From Ruminococcus sp. UBA3665 (GTDB taxonomy: Bacteria; Bacillota; Clostridia; Oscillospirales; Ruminococcaceae): a stretch of 64,000 bases of DNA. The notes below the pieces were generated by a model. It was not told the DNA's origin and did no database searches. It worked only from the letters and a program-made list of their open reading frames with translations. Numbering within the stretch: position 1 is the first letter of the stretch; every line of letters begins with the position of its first letter. Made by a program: the position numbers and the translations under genes. The stretch lies in assembly GCA_002373165.1 (NCBI GenBank), contig DFJS01000067.1, forward strand, positions 1,380 through 65,379, in the 5' to 3' direction. Below are positions 17,762 through 27,190 of this stretch, piece after piece.

Positions 17762-18751
17762 ATGAAACTGATTATTCAGATTCCATGCTATAACGAAGAA
17801 GAAACACTGGAACTTGCCTACCGTGATTTGCCGCGGCATATCAAAGGCATTGATGAGATTGAATATTTAATCATCAACGACGGCAGTCAGGATCACACTG
17901 TACAGAAAGCGCGTGAACTTGGCTTTCATCATATTGTCTCCTTCAAGCAGAACAAAGGCCTTGCCATGGGCTTCATGGCCGGGCTGGATGCCTGTCTGCA
18001 TCTGGGAGCGGATATCATCGTCAATACCGATGCGGATAATCAATACTGCGGCGCGGATATTGCCAAACTGGTGCGGCCGATTCTTGACGAAAAAGCTGAT
18101 ATTGTCATCGGCGAACGCCCGATTGACCAGACCGAACATTTTTCATGGAAAAAGAAAAAATTCCAGCATCTGGGCAGCTGGGTTGTCCGTGTGGCATCAG
18201 GAACTGATATTCCGGATGCGCCCAGCGGATTCCGGGCGTATTCCCGCGAGGCGGCATTAAGAATCAACGTTGTCAATGAATATACCTATACGCTGGAGAC
18301 GATTATTCAGGCCGGACATAATAAAATTGCCATGACTTCTGTCCCGATCCGGACAAATGCCGAAACAAGGCCTTCCCGGTTATTTTCAAGCATGTGGAGA
18401 TATATGAAGCGTTCGGCAGCTGTCATTACAAGATCGTTTGTGATGTACCGTCCTCTGAAATTTTTCAGCATAGTAGGCGGCATTCTGTTTTTGCTGGGAG
18501 CAGTTCTGGGAATCCGGTTTTTAATCTTCATGGCACTCGGTGACGGGAAAGGGCATATACAGTCGCTGATTCTGACGGCCATTCTGATTATGATGGGCTT
18601 TCAGACCATTACAATCGGCCTGCTTGGCGATACCATTGCCGCAAACAGAAAAATTCTGGAAGATGTTCAGTACCGGGTGCGCAAAATAGAATGCGACCCC
18701 AAGCGCAGAAGGATAAAAAGTCATGAAAAAAAAGCTGATGCAAATCATTAA
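17762..18751 (+). CDS. GT2 polyprenyl-phosphate glycosyltransferase (GtrB/CsbB/ArnC-like) with two C-terminal TM helices
   Basis: IQIPCYNEEETL, INDGSQDHT, DxD (TDADNQY), and two C-terminal hydrophobic segments. Confidence 0.85.
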   Translation: MKLIIQIPCYNEEETLELAYRDLPRHIKGIDEIEYLIINDGSQDHTVQKARELGFHHIVSFKQNKGLAMGFMAGLDACLHLGADIIVNTDADNQYCGADIAKLVRPILDEKADIVIGERPIDQTEHFSWKKKKFQHLGSWVVRVASGTDIPDAPSGFRAYSREAALRINVVNEYTYTLETIIQAGHNKIAMTSVPIRTNAETRPSRLFSSMWRYMKRSAAVITRSFVMYRPLKFFSIVGGILFLLGAVLGIRFLIFMALGDGKGHIQSLILTAILIMMGFQTITIGLLGDTIAANRKILEDVQYRVRKIECDPKRRRIKSHEKKADANH

Positions 18752-19649
18752 AATTTTATTTTTCCTACTGGTGATTTATTTTCTGGGGAGCTATTTTATG
18801 GCGAACTGGGAAGAAATCAGGAATATTCACTGGCAGATTGATGCATTCAGTCTGATTCTGTCATTTGTGTTATATTTCGGGTATATTATCACACTGGCCT
18901 CGCTGTGGCATTTTATCACGAAGCTAAATCAGTGCAGCATCCGGCATTTTGATGCCGTCATCGCGTATCTGTATTCTATTCCGGGGAAATACATTCCGGG
19001 GAAGGTGTTTATGCTGGCGGCGCGCTGTCCGGCCTATGAAAAGCAGAACAGGCCGTTGTCGAAAATTACAGTCTGTTTTCTGCTGGAAAATGCCTGTACG
19101 CTTCTGGGGGCGGCGTTTCTGTTTTTGATTTCGCTGTTCTTTTTCCCGAATGATTTATTAAAAAATTATAAATATCTGACAATACTGCTTATGATTGCAT
19201 TTTTTGTCTGCATTCATCCTAAGATTATGAATTTCTTTCTTGGCCTTGCCGGAAAGCTTGCCAAAAAAGAAATGCGGATTCCTGTCACTTATACGGATAT
19301 GCTGAAAACTGTCATATTATTTATTCTGAACTGGCTTGTTGCCGGGTCGGGATTTTATATGCTGGTACATGCGGTTTATCCTGTGCCGATGTCGCAGTGG
19401 CTGTATGTGGGCGGAATTTACGGTTTATCGACGATTATCGGAATTCTGGCACTGTTCGCGCCCAGCGGGCTGGGAGTCCGGGAGGGCATTCTGACGGCCG
19501 GACTATGTCTGATTATGCCGGAAGAATATGCTATTTCGATTTCTCTGATTTCCCGGCTGTGGCAGACGGCAGCTGAAATTCTTTTAGTTTCCGGGGCGTT
19601 TCTTGTCAATCAGGCTGTAAAATTCAGACAGAAAAAAACGGCTGAATAA
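18723..19649 (+). CDS. UPF0104/lysylphosphatidylglycerol-synthase-TM-region family membrane protein (flippase-like)
   Basis: 308 aa with ~8 TM helices and a conserved-looking C-terminus PSGLGVREG. Confidence 0.6.
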   Translation: MKKKLMQIIKILFFLLVIYFLGSYFMANWEEIRNIHWQIDAFSLILSFVLYFGYIITLASLWHFITKLNQCSIRHFDAVIAYLYSIPGKYIPGKVFMLAARCPAYEKQNRPLSKITVCFLLENACTLLGAAFLFLISLFFFPNDLLKNYKYLTILLMIAFFVCIHPKIMNFFLGLAGKLAKKEMRIPVTYTDMLKTVILFILNWLVAGSGFYMLVHAVYPVPMSQWLYVGGIYGLSTIIGILALFAPSGLGVREGILTAGLCLIMPEEYAISISLISRLWQTAAEILLVSGAFLVNQAVKFRQKKTAE

Positions 19650-19665
19650 TTTCAGTCGTTTTTTG
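19636..19665. terminator. bidirectional terminator between convergent operons
   Basis: AAACGGCTGAA/TTCAGTCGTTT stem with A-runs and T-runs on both sides. Confidence 0.65.
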
Positions 19666-19667
19666 AT

Positions 19668-20075
19668 TTATATCTGATTATTTTCAATTTTTTCCAGCAG
19701 TTCACAGTCTATCGTACTTTCCAGATGATCAATCTGTTCGATAATCCAGAACTGACAGCCGTCATCAATACAGCAGGGGCAGGATAATTTTTCTGCGCGT
19801 TCTGTCAGAAGATGATTCCAGTAATACAGGCTATATAAAATAGATTCCTGTGTGAGTTCCGGTCGTGCGGCAAAGAAAGCGGCATATTCCGGCCGGGCGA
19901 ATCTTCCGGAAATCCTGTACAGAATATCCAGAAAAATCCAGTTATCAAGATATTCATCCAGAAGCGCATCTTCATAGCCGGTCTGGATATACCGGAATTC
20001 TTTTTTCAGATTTTTTATTTTTTCAAGGCCGAACTGTTTTTTCAGTTCGCTGATATTTTTAGTCAGCAGATTCAT
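19668..20075 (-). CDS. hypothetical protein (Cys cluster CPCCIDDGC)
   Basis: 135-aa ORF whose start overlaps the amidohydrolase stop as ATGA. No recognisable family. Confidence 0.55.
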   Translation of the reverse strand: MNLLTKNISELKKQFGLEKIKNLKKEFRYIQTGYEDALLDEYLDNWIFLDILYRISGRFARPEYAAFFAARPELTQESILYSLYYWNHLLTERAEKLSCPCCIDDGCQFWIIEQIDHLESTIDCELLEKIENNQI

Positions 20076-20908
20076 GACACGCCCTGTGCTTTCAAGAAAT
20101 CGGCATAATTCTGATAAATCAGCTTATATAATAAATTTTCAGGATACTTGAAATCAATCAGTGTTTCGAGTTCTTTTGCCGGACTCCACATAGGAAAATC
20201 GCTCCCGAAAAAGAATTGTGTTTCGCCGAATTTCTGAATAAACTTCATCAGCAGACCGCCGTCAATAAACTGGAGTGTGCTGGAAATATCGAAAAATAAA
20301 TTTTCCGAGGGCTTCAGCACAGCAAGAGCTTCATTCCAGTGAGAATATCCGCCCATATGCGCGGCAACTGCCGTCAGGCGGGGCATATCTCCGAGGAGTT
20401 TTGCCAGTCTCCGGGGATGAGAATAATCCAGTTTTCTGTCACCCATGTGAAACAGCACAGGAAGATTTAATGTTTCGGCTTCCTGATAAACGGGATACAT
20501 GTTCGGCTCGTCGATATTGAACTGCTGAAAATCAGAATGCACTTTCAGGCCAATCAGATTTTTATCCCGGAATCCGGAAAGAATTTCCTGAAAATTTTCA
20601 TTTTCCGGATGAATTGTTCCGAAGCCCGCAAAACCGGAATCAGAATTCACACAGTCAGAGATAAACTCATTAATGCTGTGTGTTTGTTTCGGCACGACTG
20701 CCGGAGAACAGATTAACTGCCTGATGATTTTATAATTCTGATTATGAATTTTTATCATCTGACTGCGTTCGGCCTGCAAATGGCTGACTGTGCCGGAAGT
20801 ATACATAGGCAGTTCGTAGAAATCCCGGACGGATTCTTTTGATTTTTCGGCGATTTTATCCGGAAAAATATGGCAGTGCGCATCAATGACAGGAATAAAA
20901 TCAAGCAT
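20072..20908 (-). CDS. amidohydrolase-family (TIM-barrel metal-dependent) hydrolase
   Basis: MLDFIPVIDAHCHIFPDK... is the HxH metal motif. The ATG at 20908 overlaps the aminotransferase stop (ATGCTTGA). The track start at 20935 is less likely. Confidence 0.75.
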   Translation of the reverse strand: MLDFIPVIDAHCHIFPDKIAEKSKESVRDFYELPMYTSGTVSHLQAERSQMIKIHNQNYKIIRQLICSPAVVPKQTHSINEFISDCVNSDSGFAGFGTIHPENENFQEILSGFRDKNLIGLKVHSDFQQFNIDEPNMYPVYQEAETLNLPVLFHMGDRKLDYSHPRRLAKLLGDMPRLTAVAAHMGGYSHWNEALAVLKPSENLFFDISSTLQFIDGGLLMKFIQKFGETQFFFGSDFPMWSPAKELETLIDFKYPENLLYKLIYQNYADFLKAQGVS

Positions 20909-22070
20909 GATACGGCATCTTCTTTCGGATATCATTCAGACGGTTCAGAGCTTCATTGAGAGTATCTTCTTTCTTGGCAAAATGGAAACGGATGTATCTG
21001 TTTTCGGGTTCTTTGAAGAAGCTCGAACCGGGAACAGCACCTACTCCGACCAGCCGTGCCAGATCTTCGCAGAATTTCAGGTCATCTTCATAGCCGAATT
21101 CAGAAATATCCAGCAGAATATAATAAGCACCTTCTGGAACGGTATGCCGGATATTCAGCGTATCCAGGCCTTTCAGGAACAAGTCACGCTTTTCGGTATA
21201 TTTTTTCTGCAAGTCAAGATAATATTCATCGCCGAAATTCAGGCCTGTGACAGCGGCTTCCTGCAAGGGAGCGGCCGCGCCGACGGTCAGGAAATCATGT
21301 ACTTTCTTGACAGTATCGATAATTTCAGGCGATGCCACAACATAGCCGAGCCGCCAGCCTGTGATAGAATAAGTCTTGGACAGAGAATTGCAGAGGATTG
21401 TTCTTTCCTTCATGCCGGGCAGAGCGGATGTATATACATGTTCATGCGGCTGATAGAGAATATGTTCATAGACTTCGTCCGTAATGACGAACGTATCATA
21501 TTTTTTAGCCAGATCGGCAATGATAGTCAGTTCCTCACGAGTGAAGACTTTTCCGCAGGGATTGGACGGATTGCAGACGATAATTGCCTTGGGGTGCTGT
21601 TTGAAGGCATCTTCCAGCACATCAGGATTGAATTTAAATTCCGGCGGAATCAAAGGAACATAAATCGGTTCGGCATTGGACAGGATCGTATCTGCGCCGT
21701 AATTCTCATAGAACGGGGAAAATACAATAACTTTATCGCCGGGATTCGTCACACTAAGCATAGCGGCCATCATAGCTTCCGTACTGCCGCAGGTGACGAC
21801 AATTTCAGAATTCGGGTCTATCTTCTGACCGGAAAAGTGTTCATGTTTCCGGGCGAGGGCTTCGCGGAAATTCTGTGCGCCCCATGTAATCGAATACTGA
21901 TGGAAATCTTCTTTTGTGACTTCGGCCAGACGGTTTAAAATTTCCTTTGGCGGCTCGAAATCCGGAAAACCCTGTGATAAATTCACAGCTCCGTACTGGT
22001 TGGAAATTCTTGTCATTCTGCGGATGACAGAATCGGTAAAGCCTGCTGTTCTGCGTGATAAACTCGGCAT
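20901..22070 (-). CDS. class I/II PLP-dependent aminotransferase (YbdL/kynurenine-aminotransferase-like)
   Basis: 389 aa with the PLP lysine motif SLSKTYSITGWRLGY. Confidence 0.88.
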   Translation of the reverse strand: MPSLSRRTAGFTDSVIRRMTRISNQYGAVNLSQGFPDFEPPKEILNRLAEVTKEDFHQYSITWGAQNFREALARKHEHFSGQKIDPNSEIVVTCGSTEAMMAAMLSVTNPGDKVIVFSPFYENYGADTILSNAEPIYVPLIPPEFKFNPDVLEDAFKQHPKAIIVCNPSNPCGKVFTREELTIIADLAKKYDTFVITDEVYEHILYQPHEHVYTSALPGMKERTILCNSLSKTYSITGWRLGYVVASPEIIDTVKKVHDFLTVGAAAPLQEAAVTGLNFGDEYYLDLQKKYTEKRDLFLKGLDTLNIRHTVPEGAYYILLDISEFGYEDDLKFCEDLARLVGVGAVPGSSFFKEPENRYIRFHFAKKEDTLNEALNRLNDIRKKMPYHA

Positions 22071-22097
22071 GATACATAACCTCTTTCTATGATAAAA

Positions 22098-22985
22098 TCA
22101 ATTCCAGTTTTTTCTGATAAATTCCCATTTTTTATCTCTGGAATCTGTGATAATTTTAATATCCTGTTCTGACAGATGTCTGAATCTGGCCTGTTTTCTG
22201 AGATAGTCCTCCACGCTGGTGAAAGTTTTAGGGTCGCGGTTAATTTTAAATTCATGATTTTCATACTCGGCAAGATACCACAGACCGCAGTCAACAATTT
22301 CGCGGGCGGCATCGACAGTATCGCTGACCGGAATGCCCCAGCCTGTGGGACACGGCGCGATGACATGAATATATTTTGTCCCCTGAATTTTAGAAGCTTT
22401 TTCGACTTTGTTCAGAAAATCGTTCATATAGCCGACAGTAGCCGTTGCCGCATAGGGGATATCATGGGCAGCGACAATCTCGAACATATTTTTCTTAGGA
22501 CGGATATTGCCGTGAATATTCTGTCCGGCCGGGGTTGTAGTAGTCTTTGCGCCGAACGGAGTCAGGCCGGATTTCTGAATGCCTGTATTCATATAGGCCT
22601 CGTTGTCATAGCAGATATAAATAATATTATCATTTCTGTCGATTGCTCCGGAAAGTGCCTGAATGCCGATATCTGCGGTACCGCCGTCCCCGGCGAATCC
22701 TACGGCTGTAAAATCCTTGATGCCTCTGCGGCGGAATCCGGCTTCGATGCCCGTCAGCATAGAAGCTGTTCCGGCAAATGTGGAAATAATGGCATTATTT
22801 GCAAAGCACAGCTGCGGAAAATTAAAGCCGACAGCTGACATGCATCCTGCCGGAAGCACGGCAACGGCATTTTTGCCGAGCACTTTCAGCACATTCCGGA
22901 CGGCAAGGCTGCCGCCGCATCCGGCACAGGCCTTATGGCCGTAAAAATATTCGTTCTGATCGAGAGTTTTTGCAGATACGCTCAT
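22098..22985 (-). CDS. 2-oxoacid:ferredoxin oxidoreductase beta subunit (TPP-binding)
   Basis: 295 aa with HKACAGCGG and GDGGTADIG motifs. Confidence 0.9.
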   Translation of the reverse strand: MSVSAKTLDQNEYFYGHKACAGCGGSLAVRNVLKVLGKNAVAVLPAGCMSAVGFNFPQLCFANNAIISTFAGTASMLTGIEAGFRRRGIKDFTAVGFAGDGGTADIGIQALSGAIDRNDNIIYICYDNEAYMNTGIQKSGLTPFGAKTTTTPAGQNIHGNIRPKKNMFEIVAAHDIPYAATATVGYMNDFLNKVEKASKIQGTKYIHVIAPCPTGWGIPVSDTVDAAREIVDCGLWYLAEYENHEFKINRDPKTFTSVEDYLRKQARFRHLSEQDIKIITDSRDKKWEFIRKNWN

Positions 22986-24151
22986 GAATTTTCTTCCTCC
23001 CCGATTCCGATAAAGTTGACACGCTTTGCCGTGCCGGACTGGATTGTTTCAAAAATCCGGATAATATCCTGATGAGAAATATTTCTTCCGCCCAGTCCGC
23101 CGATGAAGTTATAAGCCGGAGCTGTCATTCCGGCACCGTGCAGGGCAGAATTCACATTTGTGAAGACAGTGCCCTCATTGCCGAAAGAAATATCTTTTTC
23201 CAGAACTGCCAGAGCTTTTGCCGAGCTGACAGCTTTTGCAAGGGCCTCTGCCGGGAAGGGACGCATATACCGAATCCGGAGCACACCGGCTTTCACGCCG
23301 TTTTCCCGGAGCTGACCGGCAATTTCGCGGCACAGACCGGCAATGCTTCCCAGCGTGATTAGAATATAATCGGCATCTTCCGTCAGATAGGCATCAATCA
23401 GGCCGGAATACTGTCTGCCGAAAATTTCGGCAAATCTGCGCTCGGCTTCTTCAATGACCGGAATTGCCCGGAACATGGCGGCATGTTCTTTATATTTGAA
23501 GATATAATTTGTATCAGGGCCTGCGGAAAAGGCCATATTTTTAGGATTTTCAGGATCTAATTTATTTTCTGTTTCATAAGGCGGCAGGAATTTTCCGGCC
23601 TGTTCCGGAGTGGGAACATCTACCTGTTCATAAGTATGTGTCAGGATAAAGCCGTCCAGATTGACCATAAACGGAGTCGAAACAGTTTTATGTTCGGCAA
23701 TATAATAACTCATCAGCGCAAGGTCAAGGCTTTCCTGAGCATTTTCGGCATAAGCCTGAATCCAGCCGGAATCCAGCTGGGACAGACTGTCTCTCTGATC
23801 GCCGTAGATATTCCACGGCAGAGCCGTCGAACGGTTGGCATTCATCATGACGATTGGAAATCTGCCGCCGGAGGCATAATAAAGACACTCTGCCATATAC
23901 AGCAGTCCCTGCGAGGAAGTGGCTGTAAAGGCTCTGACACCTGCGGCACTTGCGCCCATGGCACAGGACAAAGCCGAATGTTCGGATTCTACATGAATGA
24001 ATTCAGCATCCAGACTGCCGTCTTCGACCATTTCGGAAAGCTTTTCGACAACAATGGTCTGCGGCGTAATGGGATAAGCCGAAATCACATCAGGACAGGC
24101 AAGCCGGATTCCTTCAGCAAAAGCTTCATCGCCGGATAAAAATTTTTCCAT
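22982..24151 (-). CDS. 2-oxoacid:ferredoxin oxidoreductase alpha subunit
   Basis: 389 aa with N-terminus LSGDEAFAEGIRLACPDVISAYPITPQT. Confidence 0.9.
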   Translation of the reverse strand: MEKFLSGDEAFAEGIRLACPDVISAYPITPQTIVVEKLSEMVEDGSLDAEFIHVESEHSALSCAMGASAAGVRAFTATSSQGLLYMAECLYYASGGRFPIVMMNANRSTALPWNIYGDQRDSLSQLDSGWIQAYAENAQESLDLALMSYYIAEHKTVSTPFMVNLDGFILTHTYEQVDVPTPEQAGKFLPPYETENKLDPENPKNMAFSAGPDTNYIFKYKEHAAMFRAIPVIEEAERRFAEIFGRQYSGLIDAYLTEDADYILITLGSIAGLCREIAGQLRENGVKAGVLRIRYMRPFPAEALAKAVSSAKALAVLEKDISFGNEGTVFTNVNSALHGAGMTAPAYNFIGGLGGRNISHQDIIRIFETIQSGTAKRVNFIGIGEEENS

Positions 24152-24447
24152 TATCGTTCACGCTCCATTCCGATTGCGCCGGGCTTGCAGATTTTCGAGC
24201 AGATGCCGCAGCCTTTGCAGAAATCATAATCAATCACGGCTTTTCCGTTCTGGATAGAAATCACGCCGTCCGGGCAGTATAAATAACACTGCATACAGCC
24301 GATGCAGGTTCCGGCATTGACAACCGGGCGGATGCTTCGCCAGCCGCTGTTGACACTCACCAGATAGCCGGCTTCAAAGCTGGTATCTTCCGGAACGTCC
24401 TGAAAGCTGAAAATTTTCTTTTCTCTCACAGTAGGTTTGATGATCAT
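24151..24447 (-). CDS. 2-oxoacid:ferredoxin oxidoreductase delta subunit (2x[4Fe-4S] ferredoxin)
   Basis: 98 aa with CIGCMQCYLYCP and CKGCGICSKICP. Confidence 0.88.
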   Translation of the reverse strand: MIIKPTVREKKIFSFQDVPEDTSFEAGYLVSVNSGWRSIRPVVNAGTCIGCMQCYLYCPDGVISIQNGKAVIDYDFCKGCGICSKICKPGAIGMERER

Positions 24448-24959
24448 ACGGCGGCCTCCTCAGCGGCTTTCTGTACAGCCGATTTATTTTTCTCCCGGAT
24501 TTTTTCGGGCATATAGGCATCAATTGCCCTGTGCAGATTTTCGACAGAAACAATGCCGGAAATTCCGGCGAGTGCGCCCATCATGACAGTATTCACAACG
24601 GGAAGCTTCAATTGTCCGGCAAGGGAATCGGCATCGAATGCCAGAAACTGTTCCGGGTCTGCTTTTTTGGTATTAACCAGAATTTTTCCGCCGGGTTTCA
24701 GCAGATTCTGCAAACCGGCGGAATAGAGTGTTTCGTCCAGCAGAATAATATAATCCGCCTTTTCGGTTTCGCTTCTGTCGGAGATGGATTTATAATCTAA
24801 TTTAGTAAAAGCTCTGACGGGTGCGCCGCGGCGTTCGGGGCCGAATGACGGGAAGGCCAGCGCATGACATTCCGGGTTCAGAGCATAGGCCGCGCCGAGG
24901 ATTTTGGCGGCGGTAAATGCGCCCTGTCCGCCCCGGCCAAGCCATAAAATTTCTGTCAT
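24444..24959 (-). CDS. 2-oxoacid:ferredoxin oxidoreductase gamma subunit
   Basis: 171 aa with GRGGQGAFTAAKILG. Confidence 0.88.
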   Translation of the reverse strand: MTEILWLGRGGQGAFTAAKILGAAYALNPECHALAFPSFGPERRGAPVRAFTKLDYKSISDRSETEKADYIILLDETLYSAGLQNLLKPGGKILVNTKKADPEQFLAFDADSLAGQLKLPVVNTVMMGALAGISGIVSVENLHRAIDAYMPEKIREKNKSAVQKAAEEAAV

Positions 24960-25006
24960 GATAAAATCACCTGCTTCTTGATTTGCATATAGATTAATAT
25001 GATAAT

Positions 25007-25035
25007 ATTATAACACTTCTGTTTCCGGATGTCAA
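25007..25035 (-). promoter_or_regulatory. promoter of the oxidoreductase-aminotransferase operon
   Basis: Minus strand TTGACA-17 nt-TATAAT. Confidence 0.65.
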
Positions 25036-25141
25036 TATCTATAACCTATTAATCTGATATATTTGATAAGTTTGTGAGAAAGATAAAAATTCCGGATTTT
25101 TTTCAGCATAAAAACGTGAATTTTTACAGATGTTTTTCTAC

Positions 25142-25170
25142 TTGAAAACATACTAAACCTATGTTATAAT
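25142..25170 (+). promoter_or_regulatory. promoter of the Rrf2 regulator gene
   Basis: TTGAAA-17 nt-TATAAT. Confidence 0.6.
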
Positions 25171-25218
25171 AATAAATATAGTATATTTTCACATTCTAAC
25201 AGAAAGGAAGTTGCTTTT

Positions 25219-25656
25219 ATGAAAATTTCGACCAAAGGCCGCTATGCCCTGCGAATGCTTCTGGATTTGTCTCTGCATCAGGAGGAAGGTTTTATTTCGC
25301 TGAAAGAAATTGCCGAACGCCAGCAGATTTCTAAAAAATATCTGGAACAGATTGTTCCCATGCTGAACAAAGGCGGCATTCTGCGCACAAACCGCGGAAA
25401 CAAAGGCGGCTATATGCTCGCCCGTCCTGCCAATTCGCTGACCGTCGGCGATGTGCTCCGTGCTACAGAGGGCAGTCTTGCGCCTGTTGCCTGTCTGGAA
25501 TATGAAGTCAATGACTGTCCCCGCGTTGACGAATGCGCTACGCTCTACGTATGGGAGGGACTTTACAAGGCTGTTCATGAATATCTGGACAGCATTACGC
25601 TCCAGGATATTCTGAATCATAATGCCGGTGTGGACGGCAATGATTACTGCATCTGA
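25219..25656 (+). CDS. Rrf2-family transcriptional regulator (IscR/CymR-like) with three clustered Cys
   Basis: MKISTKGRYALRMLLDL... is a winged HTH, with C-x7-C-x5-C (VACLEYEVNDCPRVDEC). Confidence 0.9.
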   Translation: MKISTKGRYALRMLLDLSLHQEEGFISLKEIAERQQISKKYLEQIVPMLNKGGILRTNRGNKGGYMLARPANSLTVGDVLRATEGSLAPVACLEYEVNDCPRVDECATLYVWEGLYKAVHEYLDSITLQDILNHNAGVDGNDYCI

Positions 25657-25666
25657 AAATACAGAA

Positions 25667-25700
25667 AGGAGACAGCAGATTGGCTGTCTCCTGATTTTTA
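25667..25700. terminator. bidirectional terminator between the Rrf2 gene and lysC
   Basis: AGGAGACAGC/GCTGTCTCCT 10-bp stem followed by TGATTTTTAT. Confidence 0.75.
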
Positions 25701-25715
25701 TGCTTTTTTCCGGAA

Positions 25716-27044
25716 TTATACCAGTGTGGAGGCAACAAAGGCATCGTAAATGCATCTGATTGCCTGATGCAGGTCATGTTCGTTCACGCCGACAATGACA
25801 TTCAGTTCGCTGGAACCCTGGTCGATCATCTTGACGTTGATTCTTGCATGTGCCAGAGAAGCAAAAATTCTTGCGGCAGTGCCTCTTGTTTTTCTCATGC
25901 CGCGGCCGACCACTGCCAGCAGAGCAATATCCGGTTCGATTTCCAGACTGTCCGGCTCTACAGCCTTGCGCAGTTCGGAAAGAAGCTGATCTTCCTTGCC
26001 CTTGAGAGCATCCGCATCCGCAATGATGCTGAGTGTATCAATGCCGGAAGGCATATGCTCTACCGGAATGCCCATATCAGCAAATACATTGAGTACATCG
26101 CGGACAAAGCCGACTTCGCTGTTCATCATGGCTTTTTCCATATTGACGGCACAGAAGCCCTTCTTTCCGGCAATGCCTGTGATGGTTCTGATGCTGACTT
26201 CTTCGGCATTATCATCAGCGATAATCATTGTGCCGGGGTCTTCCGGCTTGTTGGTATTCTTGATATTAATCGGAATGCCGACAGTTCTTACAGGGAAAAT
26301 AGCATCTTCATGCAGAACAGAAAAGCCCATATAAGAAAGTTCTCTTAATTCTCTGTAAGTGATGACCGGAATTACAACCGGACTGTCCACAACTCTGGGG
26401 TCGGCAACCAGTACGCCGGAAACATCCGTCCAGTTTTCGTATACCGATGCATGGAGTGCTCTTGCAACCAGAGAACCTGTGACATCCGAACCGCCGCGCG
26501 AGAACGTTCTGACAACGCCGCTGAGAGATTTTCCATAAAAGCCGGGAATCACAGCATTTTGGGAATCTTTCAGGCGTTCGCGGAGTTTGGCTCTGGTTTC
26601 TCTGCGGAGCATTACGCCTTCATCGCTGAAGACAATCACATCTGCGGCATCGATGAATTCAAATCCCAGATAAGCGGCGATAATTTTTCCGTTGAGGAAT
26701 TCTCCGCGGCTGGCGGCGTATTCTTTTCCGGCAGTGGCAAGATGGCTTTTGATATCAGCGAATTCTTTTTCCAGAGAAAAATTCATTCCCAGCCCGGAAA
26801 TGATATCATTATAACGCTGTTCGATATTTTTGAAATCCTGCTCGAAATTTTCGCCGAGGCTGGCTTTTTCGTAGCAGGCATAGAGCATATCGGTTACTTT
26901 GATATCTTCTTTAAAGCGTTTGCCGGGAGCGGAGGGAACGACAAAGCGGCGTTCGGGGTCTGATTTTATAATATCAGCGGCTTTCTGGATTTGTCCAGCA
27001 TCTGCAAGGCTGCTGCCGCCGAACTTGACAACTTTAACACTCAT
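25716..27044 (-). CDS. lysC: aspartate kinase
   Basis: 442 aa with VVKFGGSSLADAGQIQKAADII and C-terminal ACT repeats. Confidence 0.92.
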   Translation of the reverse strand: MSVKVVKFGGSSLADAGQIQKAADIIKSDPERRFVVPSAPGKRFKEDIKVTDMLYACYEKASLGENFEQDFKNIEQRYNDIISGLGMNFSLEKEFADIKSHLATAGKEYAASRGEFLNGKIIAAYLGFEFIDAADVIVFSDEGVMLRRETRAKLRERLKDSQNAVIPGFYGKSLSGVVRTFSRGGSDVTGSLVARALHASVYENWTDVSGVLVADPRVVDSPVVIPVITYRELRELSYMGFSVLHEDAIFPVRTVGIPINIKNTNKPEDPGTMIIADDNAEEVSIRTITGIAGKKGFCAVNMEKAMMNSEVGFVRDVLNVFADMGIPVEHMPSGIDTLSIIADADALKGKEDQLLSELRKAVEPDSLEIEPDIALLAVVGRGMRKTRGTAARIFASLAHARINVKMIDQGSSELNVIVGVNEHDLHQAIRCIYDAFVASTLV

Positions 27045-27083
27045 GATAAAAAAATCCTTTCTTGCATGTATAATATACTATTA

Positions 27084-27112
27084 ATTATATGCGATTTTGT
27101 CAGAAAAATCAA
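27084..27112 (-). promoter_or_regulatory. promoter of lysC (short leader, no riboswitch)
   Basis: Minus strand TTGATT-17 nt-TATAAT, about 35 nt from the start codon. Confidence 0.55.
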
Positions 27113-27190
27113 TTGGAAATCACGACAAATTTTACAGATGAAAAAATGATTTTTTGTCGAATACTACTGTATTTGCTGCAAGGACAGTTT

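Noticed and set aside
20886-21938. 350-aa plus-strand ORF antisense to the aminotransferase. The same pattern occurs at 7572-8330, 35096-36052, 39475-40680, 57827-58726 and 59802-60521.
   Set aside because: All are mirror-frame shadow ORFs opposite genes with clear family motifs. Their sequences are junk-like, and none has a plausible RBS.
27045-27190. Expected lysine riboswitch (L-box) upstream of lysC
   Set aside because: The leader between the promoter (27084-27112) and the ATG is only ~35 nt, and the conserved L-box core sequences are not visible. I make no riboswitch call.
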